In this document: positions 40,020 to 52,379 of the stretch, one piece after another
Position numbering within the stretch: the first letter of the stretch is position 1
How the letters are laid out: the number at the start of each line of letters is the position of its first letter
Assembly (NCBI GenBank): GCA_028534125.1
Contig: CM052818.1
Coordinates: 26,972,001-27,036,000, forward strand
DNA from: Lama glama
Taxonomy: Eukaryota
DNA length: 64,000 nucleotides
Direction: 5' to 3'
The notes under the pieces: model-generated
Told to the model about the DNA's origin: nothing
Databases searched by the model: none
What the model saw: the letters and a program-made list of their open reading frames with translations, nothing else
Translations under genes and position numbers: made by a program

Positions 40020-41464
40020 GCAAGTATTTTAGATATCCTAGAGCACAGAAAGCACTTGGATGTTCTTGTCTGAATTCAGTTATTAGGACTCAAAGATAAA
40101 AATTTTATTGTACAAATGTTTGAACTACTTAATATTCTCCATATGTAGGCTTTCTTATATTCAAAGGGTTTTGATTCCAACTATAATCTTTAGGACTTGA
40201 AAAAGGATGCATAAACTTAACCAACTCTAAATTATAGTTTAGAACATCCTCTAGCTCCACAGAGCCATGTATTTGATGTATATAAAGATAGTCCTAATTA
40301 TGCCATTCCAACAGTGAGAAAATGAAGTCTATAAATAGGTAGTAAATGTTTACATTGAGACTCACATATTTTCAAAATTTAAGCAGTTTACCATTAGTAA
40401 ATGATAAAGGGAAAAAGATACCTGAAGGTCTAGTCACGTTTTCTACTTTCTATTTTTCCTTGTTCCCTTTCAATCCTTGTCTATGTGCATATACTTTTAC
40501 AGAGTTATAGTCAATTATGTAGAATATTTCAGTTTTGTTTTATTTGCTTAATATAAAATCATAAAAATCATCTTCACAATTATAATTTTAAGATTACTAT
40601 TCTATTTTAGATGATGCTTAGCCATTCCAATATTTCGATTGTCCCCAGTTTTTTATAGTGCAATCTTGTGGTATATATTTGTTGTGTCTTTTAGACACAA
40701 GTTCTGATTTATCTATTTATTTATAAATGTATAAAATGCTTATGTGTGGATATTTATTTTAAAGTATATATTTATATTAGCTGAAAATCCAGAATGACAT
40801 AAAAGTTGTGTTAATAGTTAATGAATAGTTTCCAAAATTTTTTAATTGCCTTGAATTTAAATCTTGTAATTATTTGCAGTGGCTATGCCTCTTCAAATTA
40901 TTATTTATTTGCAAAACAACCTGGGAAAAAGCCACAGAAAAATCATAAGTGTTTTTCTTTCTTGGTTTTAAATTCAGTTACGTTTTAGAGAGACATAAAC
41001 TGATAAGACCTTGGTGGATAGGTATTCATGCTTGGAATACTTTTTCAGTGAGTTTTTTTACCATTACATGTTTAGTCATTTGTTAGAGTTAATAATAGTA
41101 TACTGGGAATTCATTACCTGCATTAAATGAGAACCACACATTATACCCTTACTTTCTAGATGAACAGGTTATTTGATGTTGCCACATGCATTTTGAATTA
41201 AGATGTGAAGTCATGGGCCTCAATAGGTATGTTTGTTATTTACTAGGAGTTTCATTCAGTTGACACTATAGATGTGAGAATTTTAGTCAATTTCATTTAT
41301 CCTAAGATTAGGTGTAGATAGGAAGGAAAGTTAGTTTTTTCTTATTCTAATAATAACTCCAGAAGAGTTTTATCAGAGACTTCATCTTACAGAAGTCTAA
41401 TAATAGAGGTAGAATATGTACTAAATGACAAATGTAAAAAAAAAAAAAAGATTGATAGGAAAAA

Positions 41465-41577
41465 TTTTTTTAAATTTTTTTATTGAAGTGTAGTTGATTT
41501 ACAATGTTAGTTTCAGATGTACCACAAAGTGATTCAGTTACACATATAAATGCATATATATATTTTTTTCAGATTCT
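41465..41577 (-). mobile_element. Short L1 3'-end fragment
   Basis: tttttattgaagtgtagttgatttacaatgttagtttcagatgtaccacaaagtgattcagtt. Confidence 0.75.
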
Positions 41578-42924
41578 GGAAAAAAACTTTAAGAACCTTA
41601 AAATTGAAGCATTGAATGTCTAACTTACGATCTATAATATTGATACCAAGTCTTCCTTCTCAGTGCAAATTTTTTAGAAGTAAAAAACATACTTAAGCTA
41701 TATATTGTATATTTAATTGCCTGTGATTGATGCTACTTGGTCTCAAGTCCAGTTTCAGGAAAAGCTCCCATAGCCTGTGTGTGCTGTATAAGTTTTTTAC
41801 TTTCTTTTTATTGTAATAATTCATAAGTCAGTACCACGTTTAAGAGGCATAGTTAAATAATTTTGTAAAAGCCGTTTAGAGCTAGTAATGTTTAGTTATC
41901 AGATAGAGGCATGACCGACAGTCGTTAAGTTCTAAGTACTCTTAGCAGTTAGTGATAGTTGTGCGCATTGGTGACCGCTCTCTTTGGCCCTCAAATCTGC
42001 TGGCTTAGCCACTGGTGTATATTGAAGGAGTTGTTGCCTTCCTTTGTTTTCATGTTTTACTTGGCCACTCCTAGAATGTTAGTTGAATTAGCCCAAACAA
42101 TGTGTGTGGCCAGATCCACGAATCTTAGTTTTTGTGGAAGAGTCATTTTTATTTCACACCTGAACAGAGTTATCTGGAAATAGTAAAAATGCAAATAAAA
42201 CAAAAAAACACCATGCTGAAGACCCGGCCTTATAGTCTCACCTTGAATCATTTGGTTGAAATTGTGGCATGAAAATTGCTCTTCTAAATTAAACAATCCC
42301 TATTCTTCATTAGTAAATGTTTAGAGTTGTTTGAACCCCTCAGAGGATATGTAGTATGATTTGGTAAGATTGATTTTTATTATTACACTTTTCTTGTATG
42401 GTGGTTTGAAAATGCCTTAATTTGTACTCTACTTTATTCTCATAAGGATTTTAAGTAGAATTTCTCCCACTGTTTTTAAAAGCACATAACTTTTATGTCA
42501 TTTCTTCAGATACTTTTATTGAATCTAAAATTATATGATTGAGTGTAAAGCTGAAAAACATCTTATAAATCTGTTTTCTACGTGTACTGATTAATACAGT
42601 TGACTTGTTTCTTTTAAGAAAAAGTTAATTTACTTCTTTAGCAACTGAAGTTTAAACTACTAAATTCATCTAAACTCATAAATGTTTGTCATCAGTGAAG
42701 TAATTACCTCTAGAAAACTACTTAAAGTTTATCTCTGACAGTTTGTGACAATAATTTGCATTAGCATTTTGCTTTTAACTGGTTCTTCTGATGGTGACCT
42801 AAGGAATTGGATTGGTGTAAAATAGAGGGTTATAAAATAAAGATATTTAAATTTCTCACAAAGTAAATCTGACATCTTGAAGCACATTTGGCAGCTAATA
42901 AAGTGTTAGAACCAACACTTTAAA

Positions 42925-43170
42925 AAATTTATTTGAAATAAATATTTTTGAATGAAATATAACATACCTACAGAAAGCTGCTGAAGTCATAAGGGTGCAG
43001 CTCAGTGAATATCTCAAAGCGAACCCAGCCGTGTCACCACTGCCTAGGTCACGAAGCAGAACATATCCAGGGCCTAGAAGTCCTGATTGTGCTGCCTTCC
43101 AACTCTACCCCTTCCCTTTTCTCCAGAAGTAATCCCTTAGTTCTAACACCACATATTAATTTTGCCTCAT
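42925..43170 (-). mobile_element. Old L1 3'-end fragment
   Basis: gaaatataacatacctacagaaag...cataagggtgcagctcagtgaat...gcagaacatatccag. Confidence 0.55.
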
Positions 43171-43630
43171 ATAGGCTCATTTTACAGTTGTAAAACCATT
43201 TTCATTTGAAATTTTCCATATTCCTCCAGTCTATAGAATTAACCAATTTTATTTTGAATGCAACTGGCATTGTTCAAAATCACGTGTTATACGTGTTTTA
43301 ATAGTTGATAGAAATAATTTGGGTAATTAGCATGAAGTATGAAATGAGGAAAGCCAACTTTCTTTTTAGTCACGTTTTTCTGTATAGTGAAAAACAAAGG
43401 ATAGTGAACTATTGGACTTGTTTCATGTTGGACGTTTCTAATTAGATGATACCTTTAGCTATGGTTAAGATATTGGAAAAGCAACCAGTTCCTCAGGATT
43501 TTCTGCTTACTGAATTTTATTGTGTTGAAAGCCATTAAAAAATAATTAAATGTAGGCATGTCCTTATGAGACTAATTGTTGACTATTTAGAGGGTTTTTA
43601 AAAAGTGTTTCTTTTGTCTTCCCCCTTTAG

Positions 43631-43767
43631 TGGAAGCCCTGACGTTTCCTCCTTCTTCTGGGAAGTCATTCATCATGGGAGCAGATGAGGCCCTTGAAAG
43701 TGAACTGGGACTTGGAGAACTAGCAGGCCTCACAGTGGCCAATGAAGCAGATTCATTAACTTATGAT
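43631..43767 (+). CDS. STRN: STRN exon 10 (137 bp)
   Basis: ccctttag|TGGAA...TATGAT|gtaagt; VEALTFPPSSGKSFIMGADEALESELGLGELAGLTVANEADSLTYD. Confidence 0.96.
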
Positions 43768-44779
43768 GTAAGTAGTAGTTTTATTTTTGTTGTTTGTATT
43801 TATTTTTTGAAAATAAAAAGTTAATTTTATAGAAAAAATATGGCACTGGTAAAACTTCACAAACACAGAATTTGGTTAAGTTTTAATCACAAACTTTGAA
43901 AATATAAGTATGTTATAAAAATAAACAATAATACTTTTCATATCATACAGAGATTAAAATTATGGGCTTTACCTAAATACATAAATCATTGGATCATAGC
44001 TTGTTCATTGATTTTAGAAAAGGGAAAGAATACCCTTTTCTATTAGCAGGTTTGGGTTTTGTCTTATATTTTAGGGCACCAATGATTAGTTGGAATTCAT
44101 GCCTTCATAATAGCAGCGTTTGTCTTGCTTCATTAGTGCATCATCAGTATCCTGCTGAAAAGTGATTTTAGCTGTTGTTAAGTAGTGTTGCATATAGGGT
44201 GCTTTCCAGGTGTGAAGCTGACCCATCAGTGATTGGGACCAAAACTGAAATATTTATACTTTTATGCACACATGAGTTTACTTAATCCTAGACACAGTTG
44301 TTTTATTCATACATTTATAATTGTTCATAATCAAGGAAACAGTTGTTTATTTCATAAAGTATTTATAACCTGTCTTATCTCTTCATTAATATTCTCTCAC
44401 TTTGAAATTTCATAATCTTTGTTGGAGAATACAATGTAGCCCCTGCCACTTGGGGGGTGGGGGATGTGGGACGGATGCCTAAATGAATCACGGAAGTATT
44501 CCCGAGATGAACCCTCACCATTCAGCCCTCTTCCTGCAAATCAAAAACTCTCTCTCTGTGCTAAATCCTTTAGTAAGTCTTTTGGATTCTACTTCCAAAA
44601 CCAACTGAAATCCATGTAGTACTTCTTTTTACCTCCCTTCCTAGTCCACTTTTTCTTCACCTGGAACTACTACAATAACCTAATCTAAATGGGCTCCTTG
44701 CACTGCATTCTCCACATACGTGATACAGATTAAAAAAATTTTTTTTTCTATTTTCAATATTTATATATCCTTATATTTT

Positions 44780-46570
44780 ACATTTCTTTTTAAACACCAT
44801 CTAGTTGATTTCTGTTTTTTTTCACATAACCTTTGACAATCTTTTAAATTAGAACATTTAGTCCATTTCTTTTTAAAATAATTACTGATATATTTGGTTT
44901 TAAGCCTGCCATCTATTTGTGCCACCTATTCTGTTTGTTTTTTCTCCTGTTTTTGCCTAAATTGGGATTGATTGTTTTTTATTATTCATTCTCCCTGTTA
45001 TTTGAAGTTTATACATGCTTTCATTATTCTTTTAATTGTTACCCTAGAGATTACTACATATATCCTTATGAAAATTTTACATGTGAAGACCTTTAGAACA
45101 TTTTTTATTCTGTTTAAAAAAACTCCCACCCTACATATATGTCACTCTTATTTTATATTTTATTTCTGTATGCATTTGGTTCCTACAAGATACTGTTTTG
45201 TATGTTGATAGCCAGAATTAACTATAGTTTCTGATTTTCTTAAATTGTCTTTTTTTGCTTGAGTGGGTTATCTGTTTGATACTGAATTCTAGTTGGCAAA
45301 ATGTTTGATACTTTGATACTGAATTCTAGTTGGCAAAATGTTTGAATGCTCTAAATATATTATTTCAGTATGTTTTTGTTATTGTTTTCTGCTCAAGTCA
45401 ACTGTCATTGCTCTCTGGTCATTCAGTGGTAGTCTGATTTTTTTTCTGTGACTGGTATTTCTTTATGTCTTGATTGTCAACTAAGGTTTAGTTTTCTTTT
45501 TATTTAACATTCTTGAAATTCTTAGGCCTTCTTGGCTTAATGTTTCCATCAGTTTTGTAAAATTCTCAGCCATTTCTCTTCAAATACTGCTTTTACCCTC
45601 CCCCCCTTTTCTGGAACTCTAATTATATTATTAGATCTTCTTTCTATATAATCTGTCTCCTATTCTTTTTCTTCTGTATTTTTCATCTTTTTTTTCCCCT
45701 GTACTTCAGTCTGAATTTTTTTTAATGACCCATCTTCCAATTCACTAATTCTCTCTTTAGTTATGTGTAATCTGTAATTAAAACCATCTATTGAGGTCTT
45801 AGATTTTTTGCTTCTAGAATTACTCCTTTTTTATTGTTTACAGATTTCTTTCAAAATTTTCAGTGTTGTCTTTTATCTTCTTCAATATAGTAAGCATGAT
45901 TATTTTTAAGTTTGAATTGGATACTCAGTAGTTCTGTTACTATTATATGTTGTTTCTGCTTGTTTTGATTTATGTTATATTATATGAGCACAGTTATTTT
46001 TTTACCATGTCCAGATACTATATTTGAAAAATTGTCTGTAGAAGTAACTTTAGCCCCAAGATTATATCTTCCCTTAGGTAGTATATTTTAATTTGCTTCT
46101 CTCAGGTCGCTGCAGCCACTAGAAATCTGGATCACCTCACTCCATTTTCAATTTTTGAGATGATCTAAAGCTGATCTACAATCTTTGTAAGAGCTTATGT
46201 TCTCCAGTTCACCCTTATGTGTAGGATACTGCCCTTTGAAATAAAAATCTAAAGCAAGGGTTTTGATTGCTTTGCCCCACTTTCATGGCAGGCCCTTGGT
46301 ACCAATTTACATCTCCCTGTCTTGCAAAGTTGTCAAAAGCACAGATCAATCACTTAGCTGTTTCTTTTGGAATCGACAAACACCCTCTGGGGAAAAACAA
46401 GTCCAAATAACAGGCTTACCTCCTTAGTATCTTCCACTGGATCCTGGCCTGGTTTTTCTTCAGTATTTTGTTGGTTCTCCATTTTTTATTTTTAGCTCTG
46501 CTTTTCCACTTGTCCTCTGTGTGCATTTGGTCCTAATGACCTAGTCCAACATGGCTAGAAGCAGAAATTT
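44780..46570 (-). mobile_element. Old L1 (L1MC/MD-type) fragment containing a 34-bp local duplication
   Basis: catttagtccattt...aattactgatatatttgg, aaaattctcagccatt, tcttccaattcactaattctctct; tttgatactgaattctagttggcaaaatgtttga at 45275 and 45312. Confidence 0.65.
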
Positions 46571-46743
46571 CCGTTAGATACTTTTGTTCCCTCTATACTA
46601 ACCCCTCAAAGAAATGTATCTAATATATAATGGAACTCAGTCTTTTCTTTAGAGAAAGCTCATTATTTTTTCATAATTCTTAATTGTTAGAAAACTTAGT
46701 GTTAGTCTGTCTGTTTCTAAAAGTAGTTCCTAGTTTTATTAAG

Positions 46744-47272
46744 TGTATTAGCAATCTATTGCTGAGTAACAAATTGTACCAAACTTAACAGTTTAAAACA
46801 AGAAACATTTCTATTTCATAGTTTCCATGGGTCAGCAATCTGGGGACAGCTTAGCTGTGTGCTTCTGGTCACTTATGTAATTACAGTCAAGATATTGGCA
46901 AGAGCTGCAGTCTTACATGAAGATTTGACTTAGGGAAGGTCTGCTTCCAAGCTCACTTGTGTAGTTGTTGGAAGGCCTTGGTTTCTTACTGGTGATTGGC
47001 TTGTGACTAGTTCCTCACCACATGGACTTCTCTGTGGGCTCCTCAGCAGAGCAGCTGGCTTCTCCCAGTGTGAGTGTACTTGAAAAAAGAGAGAAAAGGA
47101 GTGCTCAAATGAAAGGTTTTATGATGTAATTTGTTCTAATGCTGTATGCTGTTGGTCTTACAGAGCAGCCGTTCCACAGTCCCCCAGGGGGACTGTGGAA
47201 GGGGACTACACGGAAGTAAAAACACAAGGAGGTTGGGCTGATTAGGAACTGTCTTAGTGGCTGTCTACCACA
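46744..47272 (-). mobile_element. Solo MaLR LTR (MLT1, probably MLT1F-like) with 5-bp TSD
   Basis: TG...CA termini (tgtattagcaatctattgctgagtaacaaat ... ggctgtctaccaca); TTAAG at 46739-46743 and 47273-47277; 529 bp. Confidence 0.85.
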
Positions 47273-47534
47273 TTAAGATACTCAGAAGGAATCTTAAGTA
47301 CTTTTGCATATGAAAACCTTTCAGCTTTTTAACAAGAGCAAGCAGGAGTCTATTCTGTTGTCCTTGTCCTCTCCACCCTCCCAAGTCTACCCATCCCACA
47401 GATAACTATCCCCAATTCTTGGAGTAGTTCCTTGTGTAGAGTGTTTTGTCCTCAGTTATTGCCCCAATTATGACATGTCTTATCCAACTTTTTCTGCAGA
47501 TTTTTAGACTTCTGGCTTCTAGACTATAATTTAT

Positions 47535-47760
47535 TGTAATAGTGTAGCCTCTGAAGCCAGACTGCTTGGTTTTGAGTCCCAACTCCTTCATTTACTAGAG
47601 GGCAAGTCAATTCTCTTTTCCTTACATGTCCAGTCTGTAAAGTGGAGATAATGTTAATTCCTACTTCATGGAGTTGTTCTGAGGATTAAGTGAGTTAATG
47701 CATGTTAAGTTTTTTGAATAATGTACAAAATAATGAATAATGCTCAAAATAGAAGCTATT
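47535..47760 (+). mobile_element. MIR
   Basis: ctctgaagccagactgcttgg...tctgtaaagtggagataat...cctacttcatggagttgttctgaggattaagtgagttaatgcatg. Confidence 0.8.
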
Positions 47761-48552
47761 GTTTGTATCATTGATGATTTTTGTCATTGTAAATATAGTA
47801 ACATATCTCCAGTGTGTTACCAATACTTGCCCCACTCTTGCTTAAACCTAGCTTGATTGTTAGCCTTGGAATGTGAAGATTTTATACTTGGTGCTTGTGT
47901 AAAGTTAAACATTAACTCTTTAGATTTCCTATTAAGTGAAATGAAAAAATAGTGCATTTTTTCCATTGTTGAGATGGAGATTCTGTTAAGAAAAATCAAC
48001 ATAATGATGCGTTTATTTCACCTATGGAATCTATTTTTTTTTGGTAGCATCTGTCTCTTCCAGTTTTAACATTTTATGTTTCCAGTTTATAAACTTTGTC
48101 ACCAATTTGAAGAAAATTTAGCTCTTATTAGAAAGCATTGAAAATTTCAGTAGTAAGATCATGTTCTATAATGTTAACAGTTAATAATATTTAAAGGTAA
48201 CTTAGTTTTTCAACTTTTATTCCAATTAGTTTCTATTCTGTAATTTAGGTTGAAATTACTTATATTTTAAAAAATTTACCTACTGAAGATCTGCTTTATA
48301 TTATTATATTTGATACTCTATATATTGAATCATTAACCTTTTTTCTTACCATAGCATTCATATTTCTTCAAAGAAAATCATTGTTGACATCTTGCTAATT
48401 TTGCCTATTGATTTGGTTATTTACATTTAAAAATTACATTGTTTTGAAAGTTACAAAATGTGGTAGTTTAATGACAAATCAGTAAGAATGTTGAAATATC
48501 GTTTCTTTCTATTCTGAACTAAATGTATTGGTGTCTTTCGTTTCTTTAATAG

Positions 48553-48728
48553 ATAGCAAACAATAAAGATGCGTTGAGGAAGACATGGAACCCTAAGTTT
48601 ACATTAAGAAGTCACTTTGATGGTATTCGAGCCCTTGCTTTCCACCCCACTGAGCCTGTTTTGATAACAGCATCAGAGGATCACACATTAAAAATGTGGA
48701 ATTTGCAGAAAACAGCCCCAGCCAAAAA
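48553..48728 (+). CDS. STRN: STRN exon 11 (176 bp), start of WD40 region
   Basis: ttaatag|ATAGCA...AAAAA|gtgaga; IANNKDALRKTWNPKFTLRSHFDGIRALAFHPTEPVLITASEDHTLKMWNLQKTAPAK(K). Confidence 0.96.
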
Positions 48729-50109
48729 GTGAGAATATTCTACTTTAACTATATTTGAATATTTTAATTGGCAGTTTTTCAGCAGAAAAAAAATTTATTA
48801 TTTGCTATTAAATTCCCTCAGTATCTTTTCTAATTCTTTCTTCTGTTACCATGTCACATAATTTAGAATGTTTTCCCCTCTATATTCATAAGCTAATTTA
48901 GGTTGGAAAACTGACTGTTAGGGAGAAATAGTATTATCTGATGATTTCCCAGGGTTTATGACTGCTCATTACAATCTTTATACAGTGTTTTAAATAACTG
49001 TCTTATTTGGGGAGCCTTTTATCTGTACTGAAGGTTTCTACTGTTGTTGTAAACAGGTATAAGCATGTTTAAAATCATCACCCCACCCCACCCCCCGCCA
49101 ACTCCCACCCCAACTCTGCCCCATTGATTACTAGATTTAGACTTACTGAGTGGAAGGGAGGGAAGGCTGAAGTGGGGTGGGTTAAGAGACCTCTCTTTGA
49201 TATTATCTTTTGGCCTTGACCAAAATGTCTAGACTGAAAGGCACTATTGTTGCTATCACTTAACTGCTAGTGCCTGCTTTGGCCCCTTGGTTCTTGTCTA
49301 AGCATGGACAGACATAAGTTAGTATAAATACCTTTTATCAGTCACCAAGCTAGTCCTGATCCCACTTGATGTGGTCTTTTTTGGAACTCCTCTCCTTTCT
49401 TTCCTGGGTCTCATGGCCCAGAACTCAGACATGGCCCTTCTACAGTGTCAGATACCCCTGTTATTAAAGAGTAGAAATGAACATAGGATGGAGGAGATTA
49501 TGGAAGTTTTGCTGCTGGTGGATTATATCTGTTGCCCAGTTTTAAAGAGATGACCCTTTAAAGAGGTGACCCTCCTACTGAGTCATACACAGATTAGATA
49601 AAATACTTGATTAATCAGATAGCTCAACCAGATCTTGCTAAAACCAAGTGAATCCTCATATAGACCAGGTGTCTTCAGCAGAGAAAAATTATTTCCTGGT
49701 TATAAATTGTACCTTTTGTCTTTCAAGTTCTTTAGTCATAATGGGCATCACATTAGACCAGAGAATGTGAATGTCTCATATATTCTTGACTAAAATTTAG
49801 AAAAATATTGAAATAATTTTTTGCTGGTAATAGCTTAGTAACAATACCTTCACACATAAGTAACACTAGCCTGTTTACCTTTGAACTTAAAATTAAAAAC
49901 CTATGCTTATTTAAAAAACTACAGTATAGTGTAGAAAATGGTGAGTACTTGACTTTAAATCCAGTTTCCATGATCAGTCATGGCCAGTATTAGGCACTGT
50001 AGAATGCTCATACACAGTATTCTGAGTAGTGAATAAGCTGATAATTTGGACAGTTTCTGCAAGTATTAAGGACAAACAAGTTAACCTTCATGAAAATGCA
50101 ATGAAATTA

Positions 50110-50340
50110 AAGTACCATTTATTGAAATCCTACTGTGTGCCTGGTTCTGTCCTTGGCTGTTTTACTTGTAGAATCTCATTTAATCCTGTGAGCATTTGGT
50201 GGTATCCCTACTTTTTCTGTTTTATTTTAAACATGGAGGAATCCGAAGTTCCTAAAGATTAAATAATTTGCCTGAAGTTAGCCAGTTAAGTGACTGAACT
50301 GGAAATTAAATCCAGAAATGTATCCCTTCAGAGTCCATTA
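50110..50340 (-). mobile_element. MIR
   Basis: catttattgaaatcctactgtgtgcctgg...atctcatttaatcct...gattaaataatttgcctgaagtta. Confidence 0.7.
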
Positions 50341-50623
50341 TGTTGATTCCCCTGAGTGAGGCTCTCTCTCCCTTTAGTCAAATAGATTAGGATGATGCTG
50401 AAAGCACTGTAACAAGGTATTGTTACTAAATAAGAATTTTATTTCTCAAAATCACAAAAAATATGTGGTTAGTGTTAGGGAAGCTTTCTTGTGTCCTGGA
50501 GTTGGGAATGCTGTATTACCGTAGTGTCAGTACTGCTGAAGGTGATTTTATGACATACATGCAGTCAGATTGTTTAGTGCTGAAGCTTCGAGTGGTAAAA
50601 ATCCTCCTCTCTCTCTGATTTAG

Positions 50624-50671
50624 GAGTACTTCTCTCGATGTGGAGCCTATCTATACATTCAGGGCTCATAA
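50624..50671 (+). CDS. STRN: STRN exon 12 (48 bp)
   Basis: gatttag|GAGT...CATAA|gtaagt; STSLDVEPIYTFRAH(K). Confidence 0.95.
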   Translation, partial: EYFSRCGAYLYIQGS

Positions 50672-51079
50672 GTAAGTATGTGCTTTTTATTTGTTTTAAA
50701 TCAGTATCATTGTAAATCAGCCTGATTAGAAAATTTGTCTTCTCTCACTTATGTGTTTGTGCTATGTGCTTTTTGTATTTAGTACTGTTTTGTTTTTGTA
50801 AATCTAAAAGGAACTGGCAGATAATATAATGTTATAGATGAGTTTATCACTACCAAACAGGGATCCTTGCTGAAATTAGATTTTATTTACATGATACTTA
50901 AATGATGTATGTCTCTCTCTTAAAGTTGAGACAGTTAAGTTTAACTATTAGAAATCCTGATCTTTTTTCCCTTAAAGATAACCTAGATAAAAATTTCCAA
51001 GATTTTTATAATTTTTGTGACCACATATTGCATGCTTTTCCTGTTTTCATATAAGTTTAAGAAATGTACCTGTTCACTC

Positions 51080-51275
51080 ATGGAAGTTGGTATGTTTTTT
51101 ATATATAAAAGGATCAGATAGTAAATATTTTTTAGGCTTTGCTGGATGCATTTTTTTTTTAGTTTAGTTTTGTTTTATAACCCTTAAAAAATGTAAAATC
51201 TATAAATGCTTGAGGACTGTACAGAAACAGTCCACTGGCTGGATTTGGCCCACAGGTCATAGTTCATTAATCTGG
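51080..51275. mobile_element. MER58-family hAT-Charlie MITE
   Basis: cagatagtaaatattttttaggctttgctgg ... ggctggatttggcccacaggtcatagtt. Confidence 0.7.
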
Positions 51276-51433
51276 TTTAGCAGAGAAAGAAAAATGAATG
51301 TTGCCATGATAGTTTTTTATTTGTTGTACAAAGCAGAAAGAGAGAAAGCCATTTGAATAATTAAGCATTCTTAATTTTAACAAGTCCTGTATCAGATTGA
51401 TTTTTGAAAATAGAAATTGATTTCATCTCCCAG

Positions 51434-51555
51434 AGGCCCAGTGCTTTGTGTGGTGATGAGCAGCAATGGTGAGCAGTGCTACAGCGGTGGTACTGATGGA
51501 CTGATCCAGGGCTGGAACACCACCAACCCCAACATCGACCCCTATGACTCTTATG
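51434..51555 (+). CDS. STRN: STRN exon 13 (122 bp), WD40
   Basis: ctcccag|AGGC...TATG|gtatgt; GPVLCVVMSSNGEQCYSGGTDGLIQGWNTTNPNIDPYDSY. Confidence 0.96.
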
Positions 51556-52379
51556 GTATGTGATTCCCCAAGGATATGAAAGAACAAGATATTTTCTTTT
51601 TATGCATTTTACATAGCATATATAAGGATAAAATAAGATTTAAAAAAAAATTGGTAAAAGAGAACCATAACTTTATTTTGTTAGAAAGGACTCCTGTATT
51701 TGGGAATCAGTTTGATACATACAATGCTAAAAGAAAAAAGAAAGTAATGTATTTTGCCTGAGAAAACAGTTCCCCTTCCTGAAAGTCTTACTAATTGGAA
51801 ATGCTGGCTTGATTGACAATTGTTTTCTTTATTTTAGGAATCTGTACAATATTTGCTACACCATTACTAATCAATAATCATATTTCATCACCATTCTTTA
51901 CAGACAGCTTTGAAGGAAAATGAATGTTGGCATCATCTTCTTGATCAGTTATTGAAGAATGTAGAGGTTAATGATTTTTAAAGTATATGGCAACAAAATA
52001 TTTAAAAGGCCTTAAAAATTAAGAAGTGCCCTTTAGTCTTGGGAACAGCACTATGAAACAAAATCTGTATTATAATCTGTCACTATGTATTATTATAAAT
52101 TCCCTTGCAAAAACTGTTTAAGAACTATTTGGGTTTCCTCTTAAAATTCTCGAATGGTATGAAGTATCCTATTTGTCATAAAACCACATTTTATTTTTGT
52201 TACCATTTTAGATTAATTTTACCAGCCTAAGATAAAAAATTCAATAAATGAAAAGTTCTCTCAACATTTTTTTAATAAGCATTTAACATATATTTGTGAA
52301 AAGTAACCCCCCACTCCCTCCCCACTTCTTTTGTAGATTTATGTTCCGTGCTTTTTCTTACTTCCTCTGTCCCTCTATC

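Noticed and set aside
41860..42030. CpG-retaining unique intronic patches (here and about 29480-29600) as hidden exons or ncRNAs
   Set aside because: I found no convincing splice-site pair, snoRNA box arrangement or recognisable homology, so the call cannot be supported without conservation data.
48550..48556. Alternative acceptor TAGATAG at exon 11
   Set aside because: A 4-nt shift would frameshift the mRNA, and nothing in the sequence indicates it is used.
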